Assembly: GCA_047971245.1 (NCBI GenBank)
Contig: JBKDZN010000219.1
Coordinates: forward strand, 3,616-67,615
Direction: 5' to 3'
Origin: Acidimicrobiales bacterium
GTDB lineage: Bacteria > Actinomycetota > Acidimicrobiia > Acidimicrobiales > SZUA-35
Length of the DNA: 64,000 nt
Shown here: positions 1 through 8,738 of the stretch, one piece after another
How positions within the stretch are numbered: the stretch's first letter is position 1
Layout of the letters: every line of letters starts with the position of its first letter
Translations under genes and position numbers: made by a program
The notes under the pieces: model-generated
Told to the model about the DNA's origin: nothing
Databases searched by the model: none
The model's input: the letters and a program-made list of their open reading frames with translations, nothing else

Positions 1-7
1 CGTCGGG

Positions 8-1111
8 TCAGCCGGCGACGAAGCCCTCCCAGCCGTTCATGTACTCGACAAACGGCTCGCTCAGACCCTCCTCGGCCAGGTAGGCGCGGCTCACCGGTGG
101 GGTCACCGGGGTGAACGACGGGTCCACCCGGTAGCGGTCCGGGAAGTCGTGCATCAGGATCGCGGCCCGGCCGAGGAGCACGAAGTCGGCGCCCAGATCC
201 ATCGCCCGGTCGACATCGGCCGGGCGATACAGCTTTCCGGCGAACCCGAGCGCCACCCCGTGGCGCGGCAGGTCGGCGAAGTAGCCGGCCAGGAGCCTGC
301 CCGCGTCCGGAGCGGTCTCGTTCGGAGTGGTCTCGTTCGGGGTCTTGAAGGTGTCCCACAGGGAGACGTCGAGGAAGTCGACCCGGGGATCGGTCAGCAG
401 GGTGCCGGCCAGTTCGACCGCCTCGGCCAGTGGGATCCCGAACCGTTCCGGTGAGATCCGCACGCCGAGGATGAAGTCGTCTCCGCAGGCGGCACGGACA
501 CCCTCGATGATCTCCATCAGGAGACGGGCCCGGTTCTCGAAGCTGCCGCCGTACCGATCGGTGCGGTGGTTGACGGTGGGGCTGAGGAACTGGGCCAGGA
601 TGTAGCCGTGGGCACCGTGCAGCTCCGTGCCGTCCATGCCCGCCCGCTCAGACCGGACCGCCGCGGCCACGAAATCGTCGCGGAGCCGATGGACATCCTC
701 GGTGGTGAGGGCCCGGGCACCCCGTTCACCGGTCGAGGACGACACCGGCGTCTCGCCGATCAGGTCGGCCGGCGACCGGTTGCCCGCGTGGTGGAGTTGG
801 GTCAGGGCCAACGCACCCGTGGCCTTGATCGTTCGGGCCAGCTCGGCCAGCCGGGGTACGTGCCGGTCGTCGAACACGCCGAGCTGTCCGGGAAATCCCT
901 GGCCGTTGGCCTGGACGTGGGCGGCCGCCGTCATCACCGCGCCGAAGCCCCCGGCGGCCCGCATCGTCAACCAGTGCGCTTCTTCGTCCGAGAGGGTCCC
1001 GTCGGGGTGGCTCTGCTGGTTGGTGAGCGGGGCCAGCATGAACCGGTTCTTCATGGCCCGGCCCCGCCGGAAGCGCAGCGGGGCCAGGGGATTCGCCTCG
1101 ACATCGGTCAT
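8..1111 (-). CDS. NADH:flavin oxidoreductase, Old Yellow Enzyme family
   Basis: 367-aa ORF with OYE TIM-barrel motifs (LAPLTN, QLHHAGN, ELHGAHGYILAQFLSP..NHRTDRYGGS). Contains an in-frame TPNET duplication. Confidence 0.85.
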   Translation of the reverse strand: MTDVEANPLAPLRFRRGRAMKNRFMLAPLTNQQSHPDGTLSDEEAHWLTMRAAGGFGAVMTAAAHVQANGQGFPGQLGVFDDRHVPRLAELARTIKATGALALTQLHHAGNRSPADLIGETPVSSSTGERGARALTTEDVHRLRDDFVAAAVRSERAGMDGTELHGAHGYILAQFLSPTVNHRTDRYGGSFENRARLLMEIIEGVRAACGDDFILGVRISPERFGIPLAEAVELAGTLLTDPRVDFLDVSLWDTFKTPNETTPNETAPDAGRLLAGYFADLPRHGVALGFAGKLYRPADVDRAMDLGADFVLLGRAAILMHDFPDRYRVDPSFTPVTPPVSRAYLAEEGLSEPFVEYMNGWEGFVAG

Positions 1112-1231
1112 CCGGGCAACCTAGCCGCCCGATCGGGATGGCCGCCGGTCCCCACCGCCGGGCACGGGGACCGTGTCGGCGGCCCCCGGCGTCGACTTGG
1201 CCCTCACCAGGGCTTGGGTCACACTGATCCG

Positions 1232-2437
1232 ATGGCCGAGACCAACGGGGCAAACGACGCACGACCGCTCGACGGGATCCGGGTGGACGAGCTCACCCAG
1301 TGGGTGGCCGGGCCGTCCACCGCCGGCCTGATGGCCGACTTCGGGGCCGACGTGATCAAGGTCGAGGCTCCGTCGGGGGATCCTCAACGGGCGTTCCTCG
1401 CCGCGCTCGGCGTCGACAAGAAGATCGCCAACCCGAGTTTCGCCCAGGACAATCGGGGCAAGCGGAGCATCGTGCTCGACCTGACCGACCCGGACGACCG
1501 AGCCGTCATGTACGACCTGCTGGCCGACGCGGATGTGTTCGTCACCAATATGCGACTCAACCCGCTGACCCGGCTGGGCCTCGATCCCAACGAGATCCAC
1601 GAGCGGTTCCCCAGCCTGGTCGTGGCCTCGCAGACCGGGTACGGGTCGGTGGGCCCCGACCGGGACACCCCGGGCTACGACATCGGTGCGTTCGTGTCCC
1701 GCAGCGGCATGGCCCGGACCAACCGGCCGCCGGACGAGGAGCCGATGAACCTGAAGGGGGCCATCGGTGATCACATCACGGGCATGGCCACCTGTATGGC
1801 CGTGCTGGCCGCCCTCAACGCCCGGCATCAGACGGGCCGGGGTTCCCTGGTGGAGACCTCCCTGTTGCAGACCGGGTTGTACACCATGGCGATGGACCTC
1901 TCGATGCAGATGACCCTGGGCCGTCTCAAGCGGATGCGGCCCCGGGCGGAGTCCCTGGCCCCCATGGTCAACAGCTATCAGGCCGGTGACGGCCGCTGGT
2001 TCTACCTGATCGGCCTGGAGATGGAGCGGCACTTCCCGGTGCTGTGCCGGGCGATCGGCCGGGCCGACCTGGCGGAGGACGCCCGGTTCGCCACCGCGGC
2101 GGGGATGGTGGAGCACCGGGTCGAGATGATCGCGGCCCTCGACGAGACCTTCGCCGCCCACGACCTCGATCACTGGGCCGAGATCTTCGCCGCCCACGAC
2201 GTGTGGTGGGCGCCGAGCCTGACCACCAGTGAGGTGGGTGAGGATCCGCAGGTCCAGGCGCTCGGGACGTTCGTCCCGGTGACCGAGAGCGGGATGACGA
2301 TGACCACCGTGGCCGCTCCGGCCCGGTTCAACGGCCAGGTGTTCGCCCCCCGCCGCCCGGTGCCCGAGCTCGGCGAGCACAGTGACGAGATCCGTGCCGA
2401 GCTGGCCGAACGGCGGACCCGGTCCACCCCGTCGTGA
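1232..2437 (+). CDS. CoA transferase, family III (CaiB/BaiF-like)
   Basis: Internal ATG of ORF 566..2437. N-terminus GIRVDELTQWVAGPSTAGLMADFGADVIKVEAP matches the family III signature. The upstream part of the ORF is antisense shadow of the OYE gene. Confidence 0.8.
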   Translation: MAETNGANDARPLDGIRVDELTQWVAGPSTAGLMADFGADVIKVEAPSGDPQRAFLAALGVDKKIANPSFAQDNRGKRSIVLDLTDPDDRAVMYDLLADADVFVTNMRLNPLTRLGLDPNEIHERFPSLVVASQTGYGSVGPDRDTPGYDIGAFVSRSGMARTNRPPDEEPMNLKGAIGDHITGMATCMAVLAALNARHQTGRGSLVETSLLQTGLYTMAMDLSMQMTLGRLKRMRPRAESLAPMVNSYQAGDGRWFYLIGLEMERHFPVLCRAIGRADLAEDARFATAAGMVEHRVEMIAALDETFAAHDLDHWAEIFAAHDVWWAPSLTTSEVGEDPQVQALGTFVPVTESGMTMTTVAAPARFNGQVFAPRRPVPELGEHSDEIRAELAERRTRSTPS

Positions 2438-2445
2438 ACCGGCAC

Positions 2446-2471
2446 CCCCTGACCGACCGGACGGTCAGGGG
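2446..2471. terminator. GC-rich hairpin between convergent genes (possible bidirectional terminator)
   Basis: CCCCTGACCG-accgga-CGGTCAGGGG, a perfect 10-bp inverted repeat. The right arm overlaps the stop codon of the minus-strand MFS gene. No U-tract. Confidence 0.45.
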
Positions 2472-3718
2472 GCGGGACCGTCGGTGACGGCCGGCTGCAC
2501 CTCGGCGAAACGGTCGACGCGTCGCAGGGCGGGGACCAGCCACCAGAACACCGCCACCACGGCGAGGGTGCCGACCCCGCCCAGCACCACCGCGGGAACC
2601 AGACCGAGCCACTGGGCGGTCAGGCCCGACTCGACGGCGCCGAGTTCGTTGGAGGCGCCGATGAACACGTTCTCCACGGCCAGGACCCGGCCCCGCATCG
2701 CCTCCGGGGTGGCCAGGGGGACGATGGTGGCCCGGATGAACATGCTCACCGCGTCGGCACCGGCCAGCACCAGCAGGGCGACGACGGCCACCGCGAAGCT
2801 CCGGGTCAGACCGAGCACCACGGTGGCGATGCCGAACAACCCCACCGCAGCCAACAGGACCGGACCGACCCGGCGGCGGATCGGTCGGATCGACAGGGCC
2901 AGCGAGGTCGCCCCGGCGCCGATCCCGATCGTCGCCCGGAGCCAACCGAGGCCGACCGCACCCACCCCGAGACGTTCCTCGGCCAGCGCCGGCAGCAGGG
3001 CCACCGCCCCGCCCAGGAGCACCGCGAACAGGTCCAGGGCAATGGCCGCGGCCAGGATCGGGGTGGTGCGGATGAACCGGAGGCCCTCCATGGCATCCGC
3101 GAACGCCTGCCGGTAGCCGCCGGCCCGGGCCATACGGGCCACGCCGGTGGGGCCGGTGAAGCGGAGACCCACCGCGCCCAGGCCGAACCCGGCCGCGGCC
3201 ACCAGGTACGGCCACGCCGGATGACCGACGAACACGAAACCGAACACGATCGGGCCCGAGATCATGCCGGCCTGGAAGGCCAGCGACCGGGAGGCGACCA
3301 CCCGTTCCAGCAGGTGAGGCGGCGCCAGGTCGATCGGCAGGGCCCGGCTCGCCGGGGCCAGGAAGGCCCGGGCCACGCCGAACACCACCACCAGGAGGTA
3401 GATCGGCCACAGAGAGGTCGGGTCGGTGGACACATAGGCGAAGAAGCCGAAGGAGCAGATCGCCTCGAACCCGAGGGCCACTGCCGTCACCCGACGCCGG
3501 TCGAACGAGTCGGCGACCGAACCCGCCACCGGGGCGAGCACGAACACGGGAAGGAACTCGGCCAGCCCGAGCATGCCGAGATCGAACGCCCGGCCCGTCA
3601 TGTCGTACACCTGCTTGCCCAGGATGGTGACCATCCCGACCGTGGCGAACGACGACATGAACAGGGTGAACAGCAGGGCCCTGATCTGGCCGGGCAAGGG
3701 CACCCGACGACCGCTCAC
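2465..3718 (-). CDS. MFS transporter (EntS/efflux-like)
   Basis: About 12 hydrophobic helices. GTG start at 3718 overlaps the LOG stop codon (GTGA). The longer ORF to 4336 is shadow over the LOG gene. Confidence 0.8.
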   Translation of the reverse strand: MSGRRVPLPGQIRALLFTLFMSSFATVGMVTILGKQVYDMTGRAFDLGMLGLAEFLPVFVLAPVAGSVADSFDRRRVTAVALGFEAICSFGFFAYVSTDPTSLWPIYLLVVVFGVARAFLAPASRALPIDLAPPHLLERVVASRSLAFQAGMISGPIVFGFVFVGHPAWPYLVAAAGFGLGAVGLRFTGPTGVARMARAGGYRQAFADAMEGLRFIRTTPILAAAIALDLFAVLLGGAVALLPALAEERLGVGAVGLGWLRATIGIGAGATSLALSIRPIRRRVGPVLLAAVGLFGIATVVLGLTRSFAVAVVALLVLAGADAVSMFIRATIVPLATPEAMRGRVLAVENVFIGASNELGAVESGLTAQWLGLVPAVVLGGVGTLAVVAVFWWLVPALRRVDRFAEVQPAVTDGPAP

Positions 3719-4263
3719 GGGCCGACCAGACGGCTCAGGCGATCGACCAGCTCCACCGGATCGTCGGACCGCAGCAGGGACGATCGACCAGCGCCGGACA
3801 CGAATCCCTCGGCCACCGCATGGTCGAACCATGCGGTCAGGTCCGACCAGTAGCCGGCCACGTCGAGCAGCCCGACCGGGGCCCCACCCGCGCCGACCTG
3901 CCGGTTGGCCAGCATCTCGAAGACCTCGTCGAGGGTGCCGATCCCGCCCGGCAACGCGATGAACCCGTCGGCCAGCTCGGCCATCACGGCCTTTCGGTCG
4001 GCCAGGGTGGCCACCTCGTGACGGGCGGTCAACCCCGCTCGGGCGTGGTCGGCCTCGTCGAGTCCGACGGGCACCACGCCGATCACCGAGCCACCGGCGG
4101 CCAGGGCGGCGTCGGCCACGACACCCATGAGGCCGGCGTCGATCCCCCCGTACACCAGGTCGATACCCCGGGCAGCCAGGACCCGGCCGAGGGTGGCAGC
4201 CGCCTGACGGTAGGCGGGGCGGACCCCCGCTCTCGATCCGCAGAACACCCCGATGCACGGCAC
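3715..4263 (-). CDS. LOG family protein (cytokinin riboside 5'-monophosphate phosphoribohydrolase / lysine-decarboxylase-like)
   Basis: 182 aa with GVFCGS, LVYGGIDAGLMG and the PGGIGTLDE motif (PGGxGTxxE). Confidence 0.85.
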   Translation of the reverse strand: MPCIGVFCGSRAGVRPAYRQAAATLGRVLAARGIDLVYGGIDAGLMGVVADAALAAGGSVIGVVPVGLDEADHARAGLTARHEVATLADRKAVMAELADGFIALPGGIGTLDEVFEMLANRQVGAGGAPVGLLDVAGYWSDLTAWFDHAVAEGFVSGAGRSSLLRSDDPVELVDRLSRLVGP

Positions 4264-4390
4264 CGGGCAAGCCTAGGTCCTGGGGCCCGGCCCCGACGAA
4301 GGCGTTCCCCGCGTCCCGGGGCGGGCGGTACGCCACCCACCGGGCCGGCGGCGGTGTTGAGCCGGACCGCCCCGACGCTCTAGCGTCCCG

Positions 4391-5725
4391 GTGACGATGA
4401 CATCGGCCACACCGCCATCCTCGACACCCCCATCCTCGACACCCCCGGCCCGGACGCCGCCGTCACCGGACCCGTCGTCGTCAACCGGATCGGGCGCGCC
4501 GGCCGGCCCTCCGGCGGCGGCGTCCGGGCCGGCTCCCGGTGGATCCGGCCCGGACCGCAGCCGGATCGACGGGTCCGCGGGCTGGGTGGTGGTTGCCGCC
4601 ACCTTCCTGTCCACCTTCACGGTGTTCGGTGTGGCCTACAGCTTCGGTGCCTTCTTCCGCCCGATGACCGAAGAGTTCGGCACCAACCGTGGGGCCACCG
4701 CGCTGGTGTTCGCCATCACCACCTTCCTGTACTTCGCCCTCGGGGTGGTCACCGGTCATCTGGCCGACCGGTTCGGCCCGCGCCCGGTGGTGATCGTGGG
4801 CGCGGTGGCCATGGTGCTCGGGCTCCTCGCCACCTCCGCGGTGCAGGAGATCTGGGTCGGCTACCTGACCTACGGTTTGGGGGTGGGCATCGGCGTGGCC
4901 TGCTGCTACGTACCGATGGTGGCCGCGGTGGGCGGCTGGTTCGAGACTCGCCGCACCACCGCCCTGGGAGTCGCGGTGGCCGGAATCGGGGTGGGGACTC
5001 TCACCGTCGCGCCCCTGGCCGAACGCCTGATTGCCGATTACGGGTGGCGCCGGACCTATGTCCTGATGGCCATCGGCTCGGGGATCCTGCTGGCCGTGGC
5101 CGCGGTCGGGGCCCGTCGGCCGCCCCTGGTCGCCGCGGCCGACGCCGACGCCGGCTCCGTGCTGGGCCGGGTCCTCCGGACGTCGCGCACCTTCTGGGTT
5201 CTGTACGCGTCGGCCTTGATCGTCAGCCTCGCCCTGTTCGTGCCCTTCGTCTTCCTCCCCGACTATGTCGACACCCGGGGTATCGACGGCTCGGCCGGGT
5301 GGCTGGTCGGTTCGATCGGGATCTCGTCGGTGGTCGGCCGCCTCGGCCTCGGCACCCTGGGCGCCCGGTACGGGGTGTTCCGCCTCTACCAGGGGTCCCT
5401 GGCGGTGCTCGGCCTCAGTTTCGTGATCTGGCTGGCGGCCGGGGACCGGTATTCCCTGCTGCTCCTGTTCACCGTGGTGCTCGGCGTGGCCTACGGCGGG
5501 TTCATCGCCCTGGCCCCGGCGGTGGCGGCCCAAACCTTCGGGGTCTCGGGCCTGGGCGCCGTCCTCGGCGCGCTCTACACCGGGGCCGGGATCGGCGGCC
5601 TGATCGGCCCGCCGCTCATGGGTCGCATCATCGACACTGCCGGTTACACCACCGCCCTCGTGGTCGCCCTCATCGCCGGGGTCGCCTCCGCGGTGCTCCT
5701 GTTCGCCGTGCCCGAACGCGCCTGA
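4391..5725 (+). CDS. MFS transporter (oxalate/formate antiporter / monocarboxylate-like)
   Basis: 444 aa with 12 predicted TM helices and a Pro/Ser-rich N-terminal tail carrying a 15-bp repeat. Exact start uncertain (GTG 4391 or ATG 4397). Confidence 0.75.
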   Translation: MTMTSATPPSSTPPSSTPPARTPPSPDPSSSTGSGAPAGPPAAASGPAPGGSGPDRSRIDGSAGWVVVAATFLSTFTVFGVAYSFGAFFRPMTEEFGTNRGATALVFAITTFLYFALGVVTGHLADRFGPRPVVIVGAVAMVLGLLATSAVQEIWVGYLTYGLGVGIGVACCYVPMVAAVGGWFETRRTTALGVAVAGIGVGTLTVAPLAERLIADYGWRRTYVLMAIGSGILLAVAAVGARRPPLVAAADADAGSVLGRVLRTSRTFWVLYASALIVSLALFVPFVFLPDYVDTRGIDGSAGWLVGSIGISSVVGRLGLGTLGARYGVFRLYQGSLAVLGLSFVIWLAAGDRYSLLLLFTVVLGVAYGGFIALAPAVAAQTFGVSGLGAVLGALYTGAGIGGLIGPPLMGRIIDTAGYTTALVVALIAGVASAVLLFAVPERA

Positions 5726-6569
5726 CCCCTCGGGCGGGCCGCGATCGGTCGAGCCCGGGCAGCAGGTCCACGAGGCGGGGGCCCCCGGTTCCGGTGCGGC
5801 CCGGCACGGCGTAGGACTCCAGCCCGAACATGGCCGCGAACAGGTCCTCCGGTATCGACAGGAACATGCTGTCGGAGGCGACCTGGCTCTGGTGGGTGGC
5901 GAGGGCCTTGCGTTTGAGCGCGGTGTAGGCGGACACGTCCACCTGGTAGGAAAGGTCGTCGCGGGCGGTGCCGAACTCGGGCCCGGGCCGACCGCCGGCG
6001 GGCAACTCGATACCGGCCTCGGCGAGCTGATCGCCCATGGCCTCGGTGGCCTCGGTGATCGCATCCCGGTCGACGGTGGCTTCGTACACCTGCTCCACCC
6101 CGAGCAGGGGGGCCGCAGCGAGGCCGACCCGGTGGACCTGGATGTGGTCGGGGTGACCGTAGAGGCCGTGGTCGTCGTAGATGATCAGCACGTCGACGTC
6201 GACATCGGCCAACTGTTCGGCGAGCCGGGCGGCAGCCGCGTCGACATCGGCCCGCCAGAAACAGGCAGGGTCGTCGTTGGACGGCTCGCCCATCATCCCG
6301 GAATCCCGGTAACCGAGCAGACGGGGCGGTTGGGCCCCCAGGATCTCGGCCGAGCGGGCCAGCTCCCGGAGGCGCCGGTCGGCCAGGTTCTCGCCCTCGT
6401 CGAGGACACCGGGAGTGGGTTCACCCATCTCCCCGTTGGTGGCGGTGACCACGATGACCCGGTGGCCGGCAGCCGCCGCCTTGGCCATGAGGCCGCCGGT
6501 CGAGATGGCTTCGTCGTCGGGGTGGGCGTGGAAGCACACCAGGGTACGGAACGGGTCGGGGCGGTTCAC
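5670..6569 (-). CDS. PIG-L/LmbE family N-acetylglucosaminyl deacetylase
   Basis: GTG start at 6569 overlaps the guaB stop (GTGA). Motifs VCFHAHPDDE and YGHPDH. The 3' end overlaps the convergent MFS gene by 56 nt. Confidence 0.75.
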   Translation of the reverse strand: MNRPDPFRTLVCFHAHPDDEAISTGGLMAKAAAAGHRVIVVTATNGEMGEPTPGVLDEGENLADRRLRELARSAEILGAQPPRLLGYRDSGMMGEPSNDDPACFWRADVDAAAARLAEQLADVDVDVLIIYDDHGLYGHPDHIQVHRVGLAAAPLLGVEQVYEATVDRDAITEATEAMGDQLAEAGIELPAGGRPGPEFGTARDDLSYQVDVSAYTALKRKALATHQSQVASDSMFLSIPEDLFAAMFGLESYAVPGRTGTGGPRLVDLLPGLDRSRPARGVRRVRARRTGAPRRRPRR

Positions 6570-8053
6570 TGATCCGCGATGACCTGGACGTCGTGGGGGT
6601 GGCTCTCCCGCAGCCCGGCGTTGGTGATGCGGGTCAGCCGGGTGGCGGTCCGCAACGCTTCGAGGTCGCCGGCGCCGGCGTACCCCATCCCGGAACGGAG
6701 GCCGCCGACGAGCTGGGCGATCAGCTCGGCCAGGGACCCGGCGTAGCGGACCCGGGCCTCCACCCCTTCGGGCACATGCTTGCCGGATCCGGGGTGGCGG
6801 GCCACGGAGGCCTGGGCGGTTGCGTACCGGTCGGCGGCCCGACCCCGCATGGCGCCAGACGAGCCCATACCCCGGTAGGTCTTCCACATCGACCCGTCGA
6901 CCAGTTCCAGCTCGCCCGGCGCCTCGTCGACCCCGGCCAGCGCATTGCCGAGCATGACACAGTCGGCCCCGGCGGCGAAGGCCTTGACGATGTCGCCGGA
7001 GGTGACGATCCCCCCGTCGGCGATCACGGGCACACCGTAGGTGGCGGCGGCCACCGAACACTCGTAGATCGCGGTGAGTTGGGGCATCCCGGCCCCGGCC
7101 ACGACCCGGGTGGTGCAGATCGAACCGGCGCCGACGCCGACCTTCACCGCATCGGCACCAGCGGCGACCAGGGCCTTGACCCCGTCCGCGGTGACCACAT
7201 TGCCCCCCACGATCACCGCATCGGGCCATTTCTCCTTGATCCTGGCCACCGTGTCGACCACACCGCGGGTGTGGCCATGCGCGGTGTCGGTGACGAGCAT
7301 GTCGACCCCGGCCTCGATGAGGGCCGCGGCCCGGTCGAGCGCGTCGTCGACCCCGATGGCGGCCGCCACCCGCAACCGGTCCTCACCATCGAGGGTGGCG
7401 TACGGCTTCTCGATCCGCTTGCGGATGTCCTTGACCGTGATCAGACCGGCCAGGCGACCCTCGGCGTCGACCAGGGGAAGCTTCTCGATCCGGTGGCGGT
7501 GCAGGACCCCGACGGCGTCGTCGAGGGACGTACCCACCGGGGCCGTGACCAGGTTCTCGGAGGTCATGAAGGCGGTGACGGGGTCGTTGTCCTGCTCGGA
7601 GGTGCAGAACCGGACGTCACGATTGGTGAGGATCCCGACGAGGCGTTGCTCCTCGTCGACGATCGGCACCCCGGAGATGCTGTGGCGGTTCATGAGCCGC
7701 TCGGCGTCGGCCAGGGTGGCGGTGGGCGGCAGGCTGACCGGGGCCGTGATCATGCCGGCCTGGGATCGTTTGACCCGGTCGACGGCGTCGGCCTGCTCGG
7801 CGATGCTCAGGTTCCGGTGCAACACCCCGATGCCGCCCTCACGGGCCAGGGCGATGGCCAGCGGGGCCTCGGTGACGGTGTCCATGGCCGCCGACATCAT
7901 GGGCAGGGCCAGGTCGACCCCGGCCACGGTGGTGGAGGTGGACACGTCGGAGGGCAGGCGTTCACTCCAGCCCGGCACCACCAGCACGTCATCGAAGGTG
8001 AGCGCCTCTGCGCCCTCGAACATCGAACGGTTGGGTTCCGACACCTGAGCCAT
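6566..8053 (-). CDS. guaB: IMP dehydrogenase
   Basis: ATG at 8053. CBS pair present ([19 protein letters not shown]). Catalytic loop [11 protein letters not shown] and [11 protein letters not shown]. Confidence 0.95.
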   Translation of the reverse strand: MAQVSEPNRSMFEGAEALTFDDVLVVPGWSERLPSDVSTSTTVAGVDLALPMMSAAMDTVTEAPLAIALAREGGIGVLHRNLSIAEQADAVDRVKRSQAGMITAPVSLPPTATLADAERLMNRHSISGVPIVDEEQRLVGILTNRDVRFCTSEQDNDPVTAFMTSENLVTAPVGTSLDDAVGVLHRHRIEKLPLVDAEGRLAGLITVKDIRKRIEKPYATLDGEDRLRVAAAIGVDDALDRAAALIEAGVDMLVTDTAHGHTRGVVDTVARIKEKWPDAVIVGGNVVTADGVKALVAAGADAVKVGVGAGSICTTRVVAGAGMPQLTAIYECSVAAATYGVPVIADGGIVTSGDIVKAFAAGADCVMLGNALAGVDEAPGELELVDGSMWKTYRGMGSSGAMRGRAADRYATAQASVARHPGSGKHVPEGVEARVRYAGSLAELIAQLVGGLRSGMGYAGAGDLEALRTATRLTRITNAGLRESHPHDVQVIADQ

Positions 8054-8102
8054 GAGGCCTTCTCCGGGGGGGCAGGGGTGGGTGGAGAAACGGCGGCCGC
8101 AC

Positions 8103-8714
8103 CTAGGCCCGGCGAGGCGTGACCTCGGACGTCGCCAGAACGGTGGCGATGGCCTCGACCAGCAACCGGTGCTCCACGGCGTGGACCCGTTTCTCATAGC
8201 TTACGAGGCTGTCGCCGGGCTCGAACGGAACGGCCTCGGTGAGGATGACCGGCCCGTCATCCACCCCCTCGTCGGGGACATAGTGGACCATCACCCCGCC
8301 CTCGGTCACGTCTCCCCCCCGCCAGGCCTCGTAGGCGGCCTCGATCGCCCCGAGCCCGGGGAACGCCCCCGGTTTGGCCGGATGGAGATTGATGGTGATG
8401 TGGTGGGCCAGGAAGTGGCTGGTGAGCAGCCGATTCCAGCCGGCCAGGACGACCAGGTCCGGGCCGAACGACGCCACCGTGTAGGCGAGATCCTGGTCGT
8501 AGGCGACCCGGTCACGGCCCTGGTGGGGAGCCACCAGGGTGGGTACTCCGGCCGCCTTCGCCCGGTCGAGGGCGTAGGCGTCGGGCCGGTTGGACACCAC
8601 CCCGACCACCTCGGCGTCGAGGCGACCCGACGAGCAGGCGTCCAGGATGGCCTGGAGGTTGGATCCGTTGCCGGATACGAGGAGCACGAGGCGGCCGCGT
8701 CCGGTCGTCATCAC
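8103..8714 (-). CDS. purN: phosphoribosylglycinamide formyltransferase
   Basis: 203 aa with LVSGNGSNLQAI, LAGWNRLL and INLHPA motifs. Lies within the purine operon. Confidence 0.9.
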   Translation of the reverse strand: MMTTGRGRLVLLVSGNGSNLQAILDACSSGRLDAEVVGVVSNRPDAYALDRAKAAGVPTLVAPHQGRDRVAYDQDLAYTVASFGPDLVVLAGWNRLLTSHFLAHHITINLHPAKPGAFPGLGAIEAAYEAWRGGDVTEGGVMVHYVPDEGVDDGPVILTEAVPFEPGDSLVSYEKRVHAVEHRLLVEAIATVLATSEVTPRRA

Positions 8715-8738
8715 ACCGTCACCATGGCTCGTCGCCCG

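Noticed and set aside
6570-7229. Upstream 220 codons of ORF 5670..7229 as part of the deacetylase.
   Set aside because: This region is out-of-frame overlap with guaB coding sequence and is Arg/Gly-rich. The PIG-L homology starts right at GTG 6569, which overlaps the guaB stop.
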